Notes under the pieces: model-generated
The model's input: only the letters and a program-made list of their open reading frames with translations
The model's database searches: none
Told to the model about the DNA's origin: nothing
Shown here: one piece after another, positions 41,880-55,105 of the stretch
How positions within the stretch are numbered: the stretch's first letter is position 1
Layout of the letters: each line of letters begins with the position of its first letter
DNA from: Octopus vulgaris
Lineage: Eukaryota
NCBI GenBank assembly: GCA_951406725.2
Contig: OX597816.1
Coordinates: 132,060,001-132,124,000, forward strand
Direction of reading: 5' to 3'
DNA length: 64,000 nt
Made by a program: the position numbers and the translations under genes

Positions 41880-42420
41880 TACTTATCACTCTATTATATG
41901 GCGTCGCCTAAATATCTTTCACCTGCACTGCCTCTGGAAAATCCTTGGCATCAAATGGCAGGATCGTGTTCCCGACAAAGATATCCTCAAGCAAGCAGGA
42001 ATACCAAGCATGTTTGCACTCCTGACACAAAGATGTATGAGATGGCTTGGACATGTTAGTCGTATGGAAGATGGTAGAATCCCCAAGGACATACTCTACG
42101 GGGCACTAGGTTTGTTGGAAGACTTTTCTTATGGTACAAGGATGCCTGCAAAAGGGACATGAAGGCCTGCGACATCAATATTAGCAATTGGGAAGCAGTT
42201 GCCAGCAACTGTGAAGATTGGCGACACATCATAGAAGAGGGAACACAAAGGAGTGACAGAGAGAAACAGGAGAAATGGAAAGGCAGGAAAAGATGACAAG
42301 AAACTATGACATTATAAACAGCCAGGCAAAGTCTTCACTACATTTGCAGCACCTGCCAGAGGGAGTGTTTGTCCAGGATAGGACTACACAGCCACAACAG
42401 GAGATGTAAATGACATGAAA
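41880..42420 (+). mobile_element. RTE (BovB-like) LINE 3' fragment
   Basis: RRLNIFHLHCLWKILGIKWQDRVP..RWLGHVSRMEDGRIPKDILYG, and a C-terminal C..C..H zinc finger (YICSTCQRECLSRIGLHSHNRRC). Confidence 0.9.
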
Positions 42421-42950
42421 TGTAAAAGCCAGACTGGATTAATATATATATATATATGTATGTGTGCATGTGTGTGTATGTACATATATGTTTATATGTG
42501 TGTATACATATAGATATATATGTGCATATATCTATGTATATAATTTTATTGGTCACTTGACTAGCTTACTGAGTTATCCTGTCTTGATCCTTGGTGATCT
42601 TGTTCACAAGTGATTATATTCAGATTAAATGCAAAGTTTATGGATATATACTTTAGTTTGTGGTGACCATATAATTGAGATATGTTTGTCTCTTTCCTTA
42701 TAAAATATAAAGGACTTTTCCTTGTATTTTTTCTGAATCTAAACTTAATACATTCGGTTTATTTGATTCTTTTTTTTTTACTTCACGATATTTATAATTG
42801 TTGCATCACAGAGAGGTAACATTAATGAATGAACAGAAGAAAGGTGGTGAAAGTGGTTGATATATTAAAGGAAGTTCAAACCTGGACTAACCTGTAACTT
42901 GATACTCCAGTTTTTATTCTTATAAGCCAAAACTCTGGTATATATTGAAT

Positions 42951-42982
<32 letters not shown>

Positions 42983-45266
42983 TCATGTATACACATATAC
43001 CCAAACACACACATTAAATAGTAAGGGTTTTGCAGATGGTTAAACCTTTTTGCAACAAAGTAAATTGTGAAATTTGCTCTGTTCTTCTTTTATTCTTTTA
43101 CTTGTTTCAGTCATTTGACTGCAGCCATACTGGAGCACCACCTTTAGTTGAGCAAATTGACCCCAGGATTTATTCTTTGTAAGCCTAATACTTATTCTAT
43201 TGGTCTCTTTTGCCAAACCACTAAGTTACAGGGATGTAAACACACCAGCATTGGTTGCCAAGCGATGTTGGGGGAACATCAAGCATATACACACATACAC
43301 AGACACATATACACAGACCCACAAACACACACACACATACATACATACGACAGGTTTGTTTACAAATTGCAATATAATCTTTATATTCATCATCATCTTC
43401 ATCATCATTAGCAGTGTCATTTTCATAATCCTGTTTCCTTTTAGTGTATTTTATTACTGCAGAAATTCCAGCCTTCTACTTGTCTTCAGTTATGCATTCT
43501 TACATTCCAATCTCCTTTGATTATATCCACAGTGTTTCATAGCTCACTGAGTCATTAGAGCACTGGTCTTGTAAACTAGGGGTCGTGAGTTTAATCCTCA
43601 CTAGGGGCTTTTGATAGAAAAATATATATAAAAATATCCAACCCATGCCAGCATGGACAACGGACATTAAATGATGATGATGTTCCTTCCTTTCAAATGT
43701 GTAGATGTGTTGTTGTGTTACAGGTTGAAAACTAGTATTTTCTTTGTTGTTTGTTGATATGCTAAGATGCAAATGTTAAATGTGTGTGCATGTGATGTTT
43801 CCAAACTCTTGGTTTAACACCAACATCTCTCATGCTACACGACCTGTGGTCACCCTTAGCATTGCCTAGTCAGTTGCAAGCATTTGGATGAGGTCTTAGG
43901 TTTGAAAATAATATCCTTTCCTACCATCAGTCCTGAAGGCCTTCAAAGAGGTCATTGAGCACTCTTCTTTTACCTTTTACTTGTTTTCTGTCATTGGACT
44001 ATGGTCAAGCTGGAGCACAACCTGAAGAATTGCACAATCCATCTTGAAACAAGCACTTTGTAAACAGGACTTGACTTCAATTCCAGATACTTTTCTGCCT
44101 GAAAATGTTTGTAACATCTGCATTAGAGTCTGTTTGTCCAAAGTTGGATTAGCTAATCTTATGAGCTGTCATGATGGCTTTTACTAATTGAAGAGATTGC
44201 TTTCTTCTGCAAAGAAGTGAAAATTACCATACACACACAACTGAGCTTCCACACAGTTTCCATCTACCTCATTCACTCACAAGGCATTACTTAACCTGGA
44301 GAGATTATAGTATACCTAAGTGCCACATTGTGGTATTGTACTCAAAACCATGTGGTTACAAAGCAAGATTCTTACTTATACAGCCATGGCCGTACCTATG
44401 CCATAATAAAACAAAAATCCTTCTACCATTAATAGCAATAACTTAACTGGTTGTGAGAAAGCATCTGGGTGGTATTTGCTGGTAAAGTGTCTACAATAGG
44501 TTAGTGGTCAGCATTTAAAGTATATCACCACCATTATCATTATTTCTGCATTCTCTGATATATTGGTTACAAATTTTGGCACAAGGCCAGCAATTTAGGG
44601 GGAGGAGCTAAGTTGATTACATCGACCCCAGTGCTCAACTGGTACTTATTTTATCGACCCTGAGAGGGTGAAAGGTAAAATCAACCCTGGCAGAATTTGA
44701 ACTCAGAACATAAGGATGGATGAAATGCCACTAAGTATTTTTTTGCCTGACATGCTTATGATTTTAGCCAGCTTGCCACCCTCATTCACTCACTGATATA
44801 TTCATCAGATCTTTACATATTTGTTAGTTTTGAACATCTTCAGTTAGTAAAGATCCATTTAATCTCATTTGTTATAATTTCATGGTCTAAACTCATATAT
44901 TTGGACTATGGCCATGCTACGGCACTACCTTGAAAATTTAGTTGATCATATTAATCTCAGTACTTATTTTTGGCAAACTACTGAGTTATGAGAAAGATGT
45001 TAACAAACTATTACTGGTCATCAAGTGGTGAAGAACCAACAAACAAAAAAACACACACACACACACGCTATGTCAGTCATAGTTATTATCAGTAACTTCC
45101 AGCATGTGATTGGCTAGCAGTCTACTCTGAAGAAACATTGATAAATTAACTGATTAATCAATTAATAATACTGCTAGTTTATCGTTCCATTATAAGATTA
45201 AGAATGATTGTATGTACCACAGATTGAACTGCTATTGTCCATTAATCTCCGATATCTGTGTGTGTG

Positions 45267-45299
<33 letters not shown>

Positions 45300-45415
45300 T
45301 TATACATGTACATGTGCACACAGTGAGATTCTGCCGTGTTTCCATCTACCAGATTCACTCAAGGCATTTTGTTTTTTGGTTCAGAGCAATAGGAGACATT
45401 TGCTTGAGGTGCTGT

Positions 45416-45627
45416 TGTTGTTGTTGTTAAGCAACAAGATGGGTAAGGGTGATTAGGTGATGGTCTAGGGTTTAGGGGTGGGAGACCCCAGACCTTAGGA
45501 AAACAAAAAAAAATTTGGTCGTCTTGTTGTAGTTGAGGGCTCTTCGTTGACACCCAGCACCACTGGGAGGTGGCACTCGAAGTCGCTAGAAATGGAGATC
45601 TCCAAGTCCAAATTCTTGAATGGCTGT
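45416..45627 (-). mobile_element. Short 5'-truncated retroposon with a (CAA)n tail and 12-bp TSD, inserted in a SINE head
   Basis: TSD ttgaggtgctgt at 45404-45415 and 45628-45639; gttgttgttgtt tail; the SINE resumes after the second TSD copy. Confidence 0.75.
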
Positions 45628-46652
45628 TTGAGGTGCTGTGCAGTGAGACTGAACCCCAAAACATGTAGTCATGAAGTGAATTACTTTAGTCATATAGTCA
45701 TGCTTGTGCTTCACCACAGAACCATATCTTATTTATGTTGCTTTTCTTTACATTACATTTCTGTCAATAAAATTTTTGATTGTTTTCAGGTGCTTCTCTC
45801 TCTCTTGCTCTCTTTCTCTCTTCCCCATTTCTCTCTCACATTTGTGTTGGTTTTGAACTCAGATATTTGAATTTATAATCTGTATTAGATTAACATGAAA
45901 TATCTAATTCTAAGGCTTTTTTTTACAAATGGTTTTCTTTAATAGTTTCCATTCACTACCAACTCACAACACCTACTCATTTAGTTTTCATTTTCAATTT
46001 CCATCACATCCATGTGAAAAAACTAAATATTTCTTTTTTTTTTCTGCTTAAAATCCTCTTCCAAATCTGAAAGGTTCCTTAGAACTGCTGATAATCTCTG
46101 GCTTCCATAGCCTCAAGCAGGTGTGAGATAAATCTCATAGATAAGGATGTTGCTTTATTCCAGATATCTTCTCAACAAAATATTCATCCATTCTACAGAG
46201 CTGTCACTTTTCTATGTAGTGAAGTATGCCAACTACGAAATCTTAGAGTCAGGTGAGCCTATGAAGGAGTTTCTATGTGATTGTTTGGCCAGCTAGAAAT
46301 AACAACCAATTCTCCTTCAGACATCACCCTATCATCTTAAAGAAGATAGAAAGAATGGCTTTGATATTGAAATCCTGGTTGTAGTATGTCTGAATGAAAG
46401 TTGGGGTATTCATGTTTGAAACCTTCTTGGACATAGGTCTACTGGATTTGAACTGGGCCTAAACAACAACTGGACCAAACACTAGACTTCATTTATTCCC
46501 TGTTGACATTGATCTATGATTGCTCAAGATGGGCATCAACTGATTTCAATGCTGTGCCAATGAAGAAGTATTAATTACCAACTCCTTATCTATTTGTTAT
46601 GCCATCTGTTTTTATTGGTAATATCAGGAGCCAATGAGTGAGTTCTATATGC

Positions 46653-46903
46653 CAGCCGTTCCCAGCCTTTTTGGCACTAGGGACTAGCTTCATGCAAGAT
46701 TATATGCATAAGAAAACACAATAAAGTGCATAATATATAATTTAATTATTACATATATAATACATATCAAATGCAAAAACATCCTTCAGACTGCAGTAAT
46801 CAATAAAATAGAAATAAAATTAAATTTATTCTTTCTGTGAGGCGCTGTACTAAATTATCTTTGGTCCTGTACTGGTCTGCAACCTGGTGGTTAGAGACCA
46901 TTG
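46653..46903 (+). mobile_element. hAT-Charlie (MER1-like) MITE
   Basis: cagccgttcccagccttttggcactagggac ... ggtggttagagaccattg termini. Confidence 0.6.
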
Positions 46904-47230
46904 CTCTATGTAGTTTCTTAACTTGCTAGAAATAACAACTATCTCTCAGATCACATATTGTCATAAAAAAGAAGGCTGCATTGAGGGCTGTAGTTCTTTC
47001 TCTGTGTGTGTGTGAGAGAGAGAGAGAAAGTATGCAAAAAGACAGAATGTTCATGGGTGGAACTCTTTGATTATAGGTCTGCTTGATCAGACCTGTGGTT
47101 AAACAATAACAACAACAACTTGTAGCAACTCATGTTTTTAATTCTTGGCTACTTCCTTAATTTTTTCTCCTGTTCAACTAACTTTGAAGATTAAGTTGTA
47201 GATTATAAACTATATCTCCCTGCCTTCCAT

Positions 47231-47269
<39 letters not shown>

Positions 47270-48810
47270 CATCTCTCTCTCTCTCTCCCCCCCTCTCTCT
47301 CACAGATCATTTCATCTGACAGCTGTTGGTAATTGAGAAAATATTTTAGATCATTTATACTGCATCAGTCCATTATGGATTAAAACTTACTTAGATGGAA
47401 ACAATCTACTTTTATGATAAAATTAGCAAGTATGATTTTTTTTTTGTCTCTGTGTTTTGTTGTAACGGTAGTAATACGAGAACCTTGCTGAAGATGTTTA
47501 GTGACATCTAAATTCTGTTCTCATTAATGGGTTCCCCATTCAAAAGCAATTTCTGTTTTTTTTTCTTTTTCGCATTTCAAAGATTTATTTCATGTTTTGT
47601 TGTTGGTTTATTTTTTTTACGTTTTAGTCTTTGGTCTGTGGCCATATTGGAGCACTGTCTTGAAGGAGTTAGTCAAACAAACTGACTTCAGTACTTATTC
47701 CTTTTTAAGCCTGGTGCTTAATATTTTAGTTGCTTTTGCTGAACTACTAAGTTATGGGATGTACACAAACCAATGCCAGTTGTCAAGTAGTGGGAGGACA
47801 AACACAAAGACATGCACCCACCCATCCACCCATATAATACATACATACATACATACATACATACATACATGCATACAAATCTGCACATATATGTACAAAC
47901 ATATGTACATAAAAAATATCCCATTGTTATTGAAATTCCAATGAAGGAACTTTAGATCTAGGTTAGAAACCAGCTCTCTCTCTGTTGGCAAGAAATCTTG
48001 AAATAAAACTGAATAATGACATACATACATACAAATATACATACTAACAAACAAACAACAGGTTTCCATGCAATTTCCATTTACCAAGTTCACTTGCAAG
48101 GTATTGGTCTGTCAGGGGCTGTATAGTAAAAGATACTTGCCCAAGGTGATGTGCAGTGGGACTGAACCCAAAACCATGTTGTTGCAAAATTAACCGTTTA
48201 ACCATGCTGACACAGTTCTAATTGAGCAGTCAAGATAAAAAACACTTCCCAACCGGAATTGTCCCATTCTTGGAAATTTTGAAGTTTAGTGAAAATTTTA
48301 AAATTTGGTGCTTTGATGTGATTTTCCTGGCTGAATCTCAGGAGAGATTTCACTTTTTCCAGAAAATTTTTTACAAAAAGTAACAGAGGTTTAAAATTAC
48401 CTAGTCAGAAAACAGGATTTGGAAGCTGTCATTTTGTTTGTGACTGCATGTCTTGTCAAATTATCCAGTAGGTCCTTTTCTTTCCCAAGACAGTAGGGTG
48501 TGATTTGAGGGATATTTAGCTACTATTTCTTACAGGTCTTCTCTCCTTTGGCTTGTAGTTTTAGTTAACAATGATGGCACATGGTGTGTCTGTGTGTATG
48601 CGTGTGCAACAGAAAGGGAATGGGAGAAATATGTGGTACTTAGTTAAAATCAACTGTAAATGTAGGACAAAGGCATTTTATTGCAATTATTAGTTTATAT
48701 TTTAATTTGAGTGGATTTGGTAGACTGAAAGAAGCCCATCGTGTACACACACACACACACACACATAACGGACAGAAATCATGTTTAGCTGGACAGCACT
48801 TTATGTATGC

Positions 48811-48918
48811 ATATACCTGATGAGACCCAGACTGCACTGATCGATGCAACACAATTGGATGCACAACATACCACCCATGTAGGACAGTTGTAGGAGGAGT
48901 CGAAACGGTCGTCATACT
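48811..48918 (+). ncRNA. Hammerhead-ribozyme-like motif with a ~72-nt loop II, in a ~200-bp insert within a SINE microsatellite
   Basis: CUGAUGA(48817)-GAC...GUC-GAAAC-GGUC-GUC(48913); core intact, stem I pairing imperfect. Confidence 0.55.
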
Positions 48919-50144
48919 GAATAGAGACTAATGCTAAATCCATCTTGCAATTCATTCAGCGATTATCATTATATATACATATATATTTATAATATGTGTG
49001 TGTCCGTCTTTGTTTGTTCCCTACCACCGCTTGACAACCGATGTTGGTATGTTTACATCCCCATAGCTTAGAGTAAGTGTCAATAGCTTAGAGTAAGTGT
49101 CAATAGAGTAAGTGTCAGGCTTTAAAAAAATGTATTGGGGTCAATTCATTCGACCTAAAAATTCTTCCAGGTGGTGCCCCAGTATGGCCGCAGTCTGAAA
49201 CAAGTAAAAGAAAAGATAAAATATATAACTATTGCTCAGCACATTTTATTGTTTTCAATAAATAGAAAATATGTGGTTAGTATGGCAATGTAAACTGCAT
49301 TGGATCTGGATTTCGAATACTCGCAGTAAAAAAAAAATTATTACTGTATTTTGTTCTAAGGACCTGAGAAATTTGATAACTTTTGTTTGATGAATCCCTT
49401 TGAAAATAATTGCATGAAATTGCTTTTGGCTTATTAAAATATTAATCGTATTCATTTACTCTTGACTTTCTGGATTTTTTCTTTTTTATTGTAGTATGTA
49501 CTTATTCACCCGTAATCGTTGATTTTTTTTTTCTGCACTTGTTTACACTGAGATAAAATGGGATTAAAGCAATGACCTAATTTTTTTATTTCAGTATTGA
49601 AGTAACAATATAGATTTTTATATTGAACCTTTTCAGAATATGCTGTATGGTGGAATACATTATGAATAATGCTTAGTCTTTCACACTTACACTCCATGTT
49701 CTATTGATGAAGTTGTGAGAGCCTGTCTGTATCTAGTTCAAGGCTTGGATTGGTTACTGAAAATTTGAAAATCTATACATAGGCTTATCACTATATTTCT
49801 TTCTTAACCCTTTAGCATTTAAACCAGCTATATCCGGCCAAAATATTCTACTTGTTTTATGTTTAAACTGGCTTGATGTGACCTCACCACATCAAAATCT
49901 GAAAGCTCTGAGATGATGCAAGATTTATTCAAAATAACGTAAATAAGTATTAGTTTTGACAGAGTAATCTGAATGCTAAAGGGTTAAAGGCTTGAAAGTT
50001 ATCTTACATATCTTATATATATATGTTCATGAATGTATAAATGTATACTCTAGAGCAGTGGTTCCCAAACTGGGATCTGCGGGACCCCTGGTGGTCCACA
50101 AAGTTAGTACTGGGAATCCATGAGCTAAATTCAAAATTTCATAT

Positions 50145-50530
50145 ATTCTTTTATTTGTTTCAGTCATTTGACTGTGGCCATGCTAGAGCACCACCTTTAG
50201 TCGAACAAATTGACCCTAGGATTTATTCTTTGTAAGCCTAGTACTTATGCTATTGGTTTTGGTTGTCAAGCGATGTTGGAGGGACAAACACACACACACA
50301 CACACACACAGATATATAGTGAATCCAAACAAGGAAGAACAAGCATGAAAAAACAACAACGCAAGGACGTGGTACAAGTAATGTATTATCTGGCGCTCAG
50401 GAAAGGAAAGAAAGAGTATTTAACGTTTCAAGCAAAGCTCTTCTTCAGAAATAGAGGAAAGTCCAAAAGAAGGGAAGGTGGAGGAAGAAAATTGCCAATG
50501 ATTCACATGTGCATATATGTGGATATTCAC

Positions 50531-50566
<36 letters not shown>

Positions 50567-50673
50567 GATGGGCTTCTTTCAGTTTCGGTATACCAGATCC
50601 ACTCTCAAGGCTTTGGTTGGCCCAAGGCTGTAGTAGAAGACACTTGTCCAAGGTGCCACACAGTGAGACTGAA
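50145..50673 (-). mobile_element. SINE family 1 copy interrupted at its microsatellite
   Basis: Reverse complement of the 55106-55620 copy on both sides of 50318-50540. Confidence 0.85.
50318..50500 (-). mobile_element. Penelope-like terminal repeat with a minimal hammerhead motif (50421-50450)
   Basis: Minus strand CUGAAGA-A-GAGC-UUU-GCUU-GAAACGUUA; downstream part homologous to 35880-35975. Confidence 0.65.
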
Positions 50674-51098
50674 CCACCGGCACTGGTAACATTGCAGATG
50701 TGTTACCAGTGCCGGTGGCATGTAAGAGAACCTTCCGTTTCGCGACTGTTGCCAGCACCGCCCCGACTGGCCTCGTGCCGATGGCACGTAAAAAGCACCA
50801 TCCGTTCGTGTCCGTTGCCAGCCTCACCTGGCCCTCGTGCTGGTGGCACATAAAAAGCACCATCCGTTCGTGGCCGTTTGCCAGCTCTGTCTGGCACCTG
50901 TGCGGGTGGCACATAAAAAGCACCCACTACACTCACGGAGTGGTTGGCGTTAGGAAGGGCATCCAGCCGTAGAAACACTGCCAGATTTGACTGGGCCTGA
51001 TGAAGCCTTCTGGCTTCACAGACCCCAGTAGAACCGTCCAACCCATGCTAGCATGGAAAACGGACGCTAAACGATGATGATGATGATGATGATGATGA
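50674..51098 (+). mobile_element. SINE family 3, young CpG-rich copy with ~62-bp internal tandem repeats and a (GAT)n tail
   Basis: Repeated gtgccggtggcacgtaaaaagcaccatccgttcgtg units; tail gatgatgatg; older partial copies at 23695-23860, 52800-52950, 54255-54500. Confidence 0.85.
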
Positions 51099-52029
51099 TA
51101 AAAGGGGTCTTTGATAGTGAAAAGGTTGGGAACCACTAGAAGATCTTGTTAAATGACTCAACAGATTTCATATTCTTTGTGAAAGACGGGAGTTATCTTT
51201 CCTTGAAAGAATTGCTAGTATAAATGGCATTTAACTTTGATAATGTATTTTATATTTTTATTATTGTGGAGAAGACTTGTAACTTCAGTTATCTGATGGA
51301 AAGTAGCTTCGGTGTAAGAGTTTAAAGTGTGAAAAATTTAAGAAAGAAATTTAAAGAGTTTATTTTAATGAAAAAAAAAAAGGACATTGCTCTGAGGTAA
51401 GATTTTGCTTCCCAAACACAGGTTCTAGCTTCTGTCGCATTCTGTAGCACCTTGGGCAAGTGCCTTCTAGTACAGCCTCAGGCTGACCAAAGCCTTGTGA
51501 GTAGAATTGGTTGAGAGAAACTGAAAGAAGTCCATTGTAAGCTGGCTGTAGCTTGCTGTACATAGTTAAACTGAAGTCCTGTTTAAGAAAAATAATGACA
51601 GCATTTAGAATTATCAGTTACTGATGGACAGTATATTGAAGGAATATAATTAGAAATAAAACCATGCTTTTGTTTCATGACAGGGATGAGTAGAGATTAA
51701 TGTTAACTTCTTTAACTCCTGCCACAATATACTAATACTGCACTGGATTTATCTGTGTAGGTGTGTGTATGTGTGTATACACATGCATATACATACACAT
51801 ATATGTTGTTATTTATTAATAATCAGCAGAAGTTGCAGAGTGACTCAAGGGCCAAAAGTTTTGTATGTTGACACTAATCAAGTCCCAGTGCACGGAACTC
51901 TCAGTCTTTGACCAACTCTTTAAGTTCTGCCAATTATTAATAGAAAACATAAATACTCATGTTCTGAGTTCTATTTTCCTGCTTGCATCATCAAACATAT
52001 ATATAGGTTTGATGATACAAGCATATATA

Positions 52030-52310
52030 TATTATTATTGTTTTTTGTATTTATATTTGTGTGGCATTGTCCATTTTTCTGTCCTTGTTTCGTATACATT
52101 CAATCCTTTTTCCAAGAAATCTAATGCTTGTAGCTTAGTTTTTCCTTGGGGCTGGCCGGATTGGGGCGATCTCAAGATTAATCAGCTGAAATTGCGAGGA
52201 TGATCCGGTTCTTGACTGAAGATTAGAGGCTTTGAATGACCCGTCCGTTTTTTGTGTCGTCTATTTGAATGGCTTGCATTCTTGTCCCATTTTGTATTTT
52301 TATAAATATT
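52030..52310. repeat. Unclassified CpG-containing ~280-bp insert bounded by (TA)n
   Basis: Compositionally distinct from its flanks and bracketed by TA runs; no second copy in the window. Confidence 0.4.
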
Positions 52311-53117
52311 TATATATATATATATATATGTAGAGAGAGAGAGACATAAGTATAAAGTCATAAATGACAGAAATAGTTTGATAAAATTTTATCTAACAAG
52401 AAAATTCCAATATCATGACAAATTGTATTGTGCAATATATTCTTTGTTTTGTAGAAATGATACATTAAGGGGCTTTTTTATGAGTACTACTGGATTATTT
52501 GAATCCATATATTATGACTTAAATTTATATATAAGTATGTATGTTTCATGTTATGTTAAAGAGCAGTGCACAATGTATCTCCTATTGTATATTATGCAAA
52601 ACATTAAACATACATATTAAATGATTTCAAAATATCACTATTTGGTTTGACTTCATTATTACAACTTATATAACACACACATACACACACACACAGAGTA
52701 CACTTTGGTAAATTGGTTGATGAGACAATGCAGGATTGGGAGGACTTTTAGTTAGGCTGAGGGAATGACAAACTCTAAAATATCCACCTAGTTATATTCT
52801 GTACAGTGGTTGGCTTTAGGAAGGGCTTCAAACTGTAGAAAGCATGCTACAACTGAGATATTGGAGCAAGCAGTTATGGTCTTCTGACCCGTTAGTTCCT
52901 ATTGAACTGTCCAACCCATACCAGCACAGAAAGCAGGTATAAAATGACAATAATTACTTGAGACATATTTAACAGTTTTGGTGATTCAATTAATTCTCAT
53001 GGCTTGCAAATTGCACATCAAAGAAACTAGTTAGTGCTATTTAATTAGGAAAAGAGGCAAATGTTAGCCTCTACTTCGACTCATGGCACAATATATGCAT
53101 ACTTCAACAATAGCTAC

Positions 53118-53176
<59 letters not shown>

Positions 53177-53358
53177 AAATATGGTTAATATATTAAACAC
53201 AGTTTTGCTGACTCAATTAATTCTCATAGTTTGCAAATTACACATGAAAGAAACTAGTTAGTTCTATTTAATTATCATTTTATCTATTTCTAGATGTTTT
53301 TTCTTTTTTACTTTCAAAAAGTTATTTCTGTTTTTCTCATATACTAAAACTGTGTGTG

Positions 53359-53407
<49 letters not shown>

Positions 53408-55105
53408 AACAATATTAACTAAAAGTGCAAGAAAGATATAGGTTAGTTTAAAGAAAAGACTTTCCCTTTACCCTGTCCATCTTTTTATCACTGGTTCTAT
53501 GTATATGTGTTGTTGCTGCTTATGTCTAGGTCAACCCTGAATTAGTAAACCTATGATCAAAGGCATTCTAGTAGCTACATTTGTCTTGTTACTAGCATCT
53601 GTTAACTGTATTACAGAAAAGTGTCCTTTCTCATCTAAAATGGGTATAATTTTAGGGAGATTTTGCTGCTATTTCTAGTAATTTGAGCGACCATATAGGG
53701 GCGCCATTGTAGGGTCTTGTATGTGTGTGTGTGTGTTTATGTGTTTGTGCATACACATGTGATGTGTGTCAAAATTAATTGAAGGACATAATTTGGGCAA
53801 GCAGTTTTAAACTAGTATTCTGACCTAAAAAAAAACTTGTCAGGTGACTTTTGGCATAGATAATAGTAAAAATTACAATAAAACATTTAAAGTTTAAAAT
53901 TAAATAAAAAGAAAGAGGCTAGAAATAAAATTAAACATCACAAAAGAACTAAATTTAATTGTTTTTATTGTGCTCAGGTGCCATGACCAGAAATGAAGTT
54001 AATGAAATCTAGAAAATTTCTACATATATGTATTTATATATAATAATGAGAACATAACTTATATTGTTTTAACCTTTCTTTTTGAGGCAATGAGTGTGCA
54101 AATGTTGTTTCTTGGTTTATTAAAAATAGCACTGAAACCTTTATCAAATGGCATTCTATCTTTTTAGAGTAGAGACACATTTGATAATGTAGTCATAAAC
54201 ACTATGTTTTAGTAAAAATAAAATTACTGTGAAACCTTCATGAAATTACATTGTATCATCATCATCCTCATTTAATGTCCATGTTCCATGCTAGCATGGA
54301 TTGGATGGTTTGACCCATTTCATACCAACATGCCTAAGACTCCCCTTGGCTCTGTGATACAAACTTGTTTTAAAGTGATTTAACTTAAAACCTATCAAAA
54401 TTTCATGTTAATTTATGTTCCAAATACCAGCTCAGTGACAGTTTTTTGACAGCTGAATGCCCTTCCCAACACCACTTTACACTATGGACTTTGCGTTTTT
54501 TGTGCCACCTGTACTATTGAGGTTGCCATGCTATTTGAAGGACCATGAGCCCTGAGCAAAGTGTGTGTGTGTGTTTGTGGAAGTGGATGGTCAGTTTCAT
54601 GTTAGGAGATGAGGGCATTACTGTGAGAGGAGGTGGGGCAGTGAAGGTTCCTGCAGACAGTTCTGCATGGCTGCTCACATCTAGTAGATAAAAATGGGGT
54701 GGGGTGGGGGAGAAAAGGATCAGTAGGAGAAATTTGGTAACAAAAGGGTTAAGATTAACAGTGTCCAGCCAGCTTCAAGTTGGTGTAGCAGTGTTAAAAA
54801 GTAGTATAACCAAAAGCCTTCCAGCACAAAGAGGACTGCTATATGCCATTACTATTTTTACCCTTTATGCATACTTAGTAAAGTTATGTACCTTTCTCTC
54901 CCTTGTGACCAGTGAATGAGTATTTCTTAGCCCATGGGAATATTACTTATGTTTAAAAGTTTTTTCTCATTCATATGGGAGAGAATTTTGTGTATTGAAT
55001 AACTTTTCAGGGGTCTCCATTGTAAGATGTGAGTGTTTGATGTTAATCAGTTACCTGATTGACACCACTGTCACTAGATTTGGAAGTAGTTTTCTTGTAC
55101 TGTTA

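Larger units (their letters stand above)
50056..51138 (+). mobile_element. hAT-type MITE split by nested insertions
   Basis: Termini cagtggttcccaa (50056) and ttgggaaccact (51126-51137); no clear TSD. Confidence 0.6.

Noticed and set aside
50700-50925. Regularly spaced gtggcac(g/a)taaaaagcacc repeats resembling a CRISPR array
   Set aside because: The intervening segments are homologous to each other (tandem ~62-bp units), the block is internal to a SINE, the context is eukaryotic and there are no cas genes.
50996-51025. CUGAUGA-A-GCC-UUCU-GGC inside SINE family 3 as a hammerhead
   Set aside because: There is no GAAA after stem II and no stem III or cleavage triplet.
52214-52250. ctgaaga...gaatgacccgtc as a hammerhead
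   Set aside because: No convincing stem II, and GAAU replaces GAAA.
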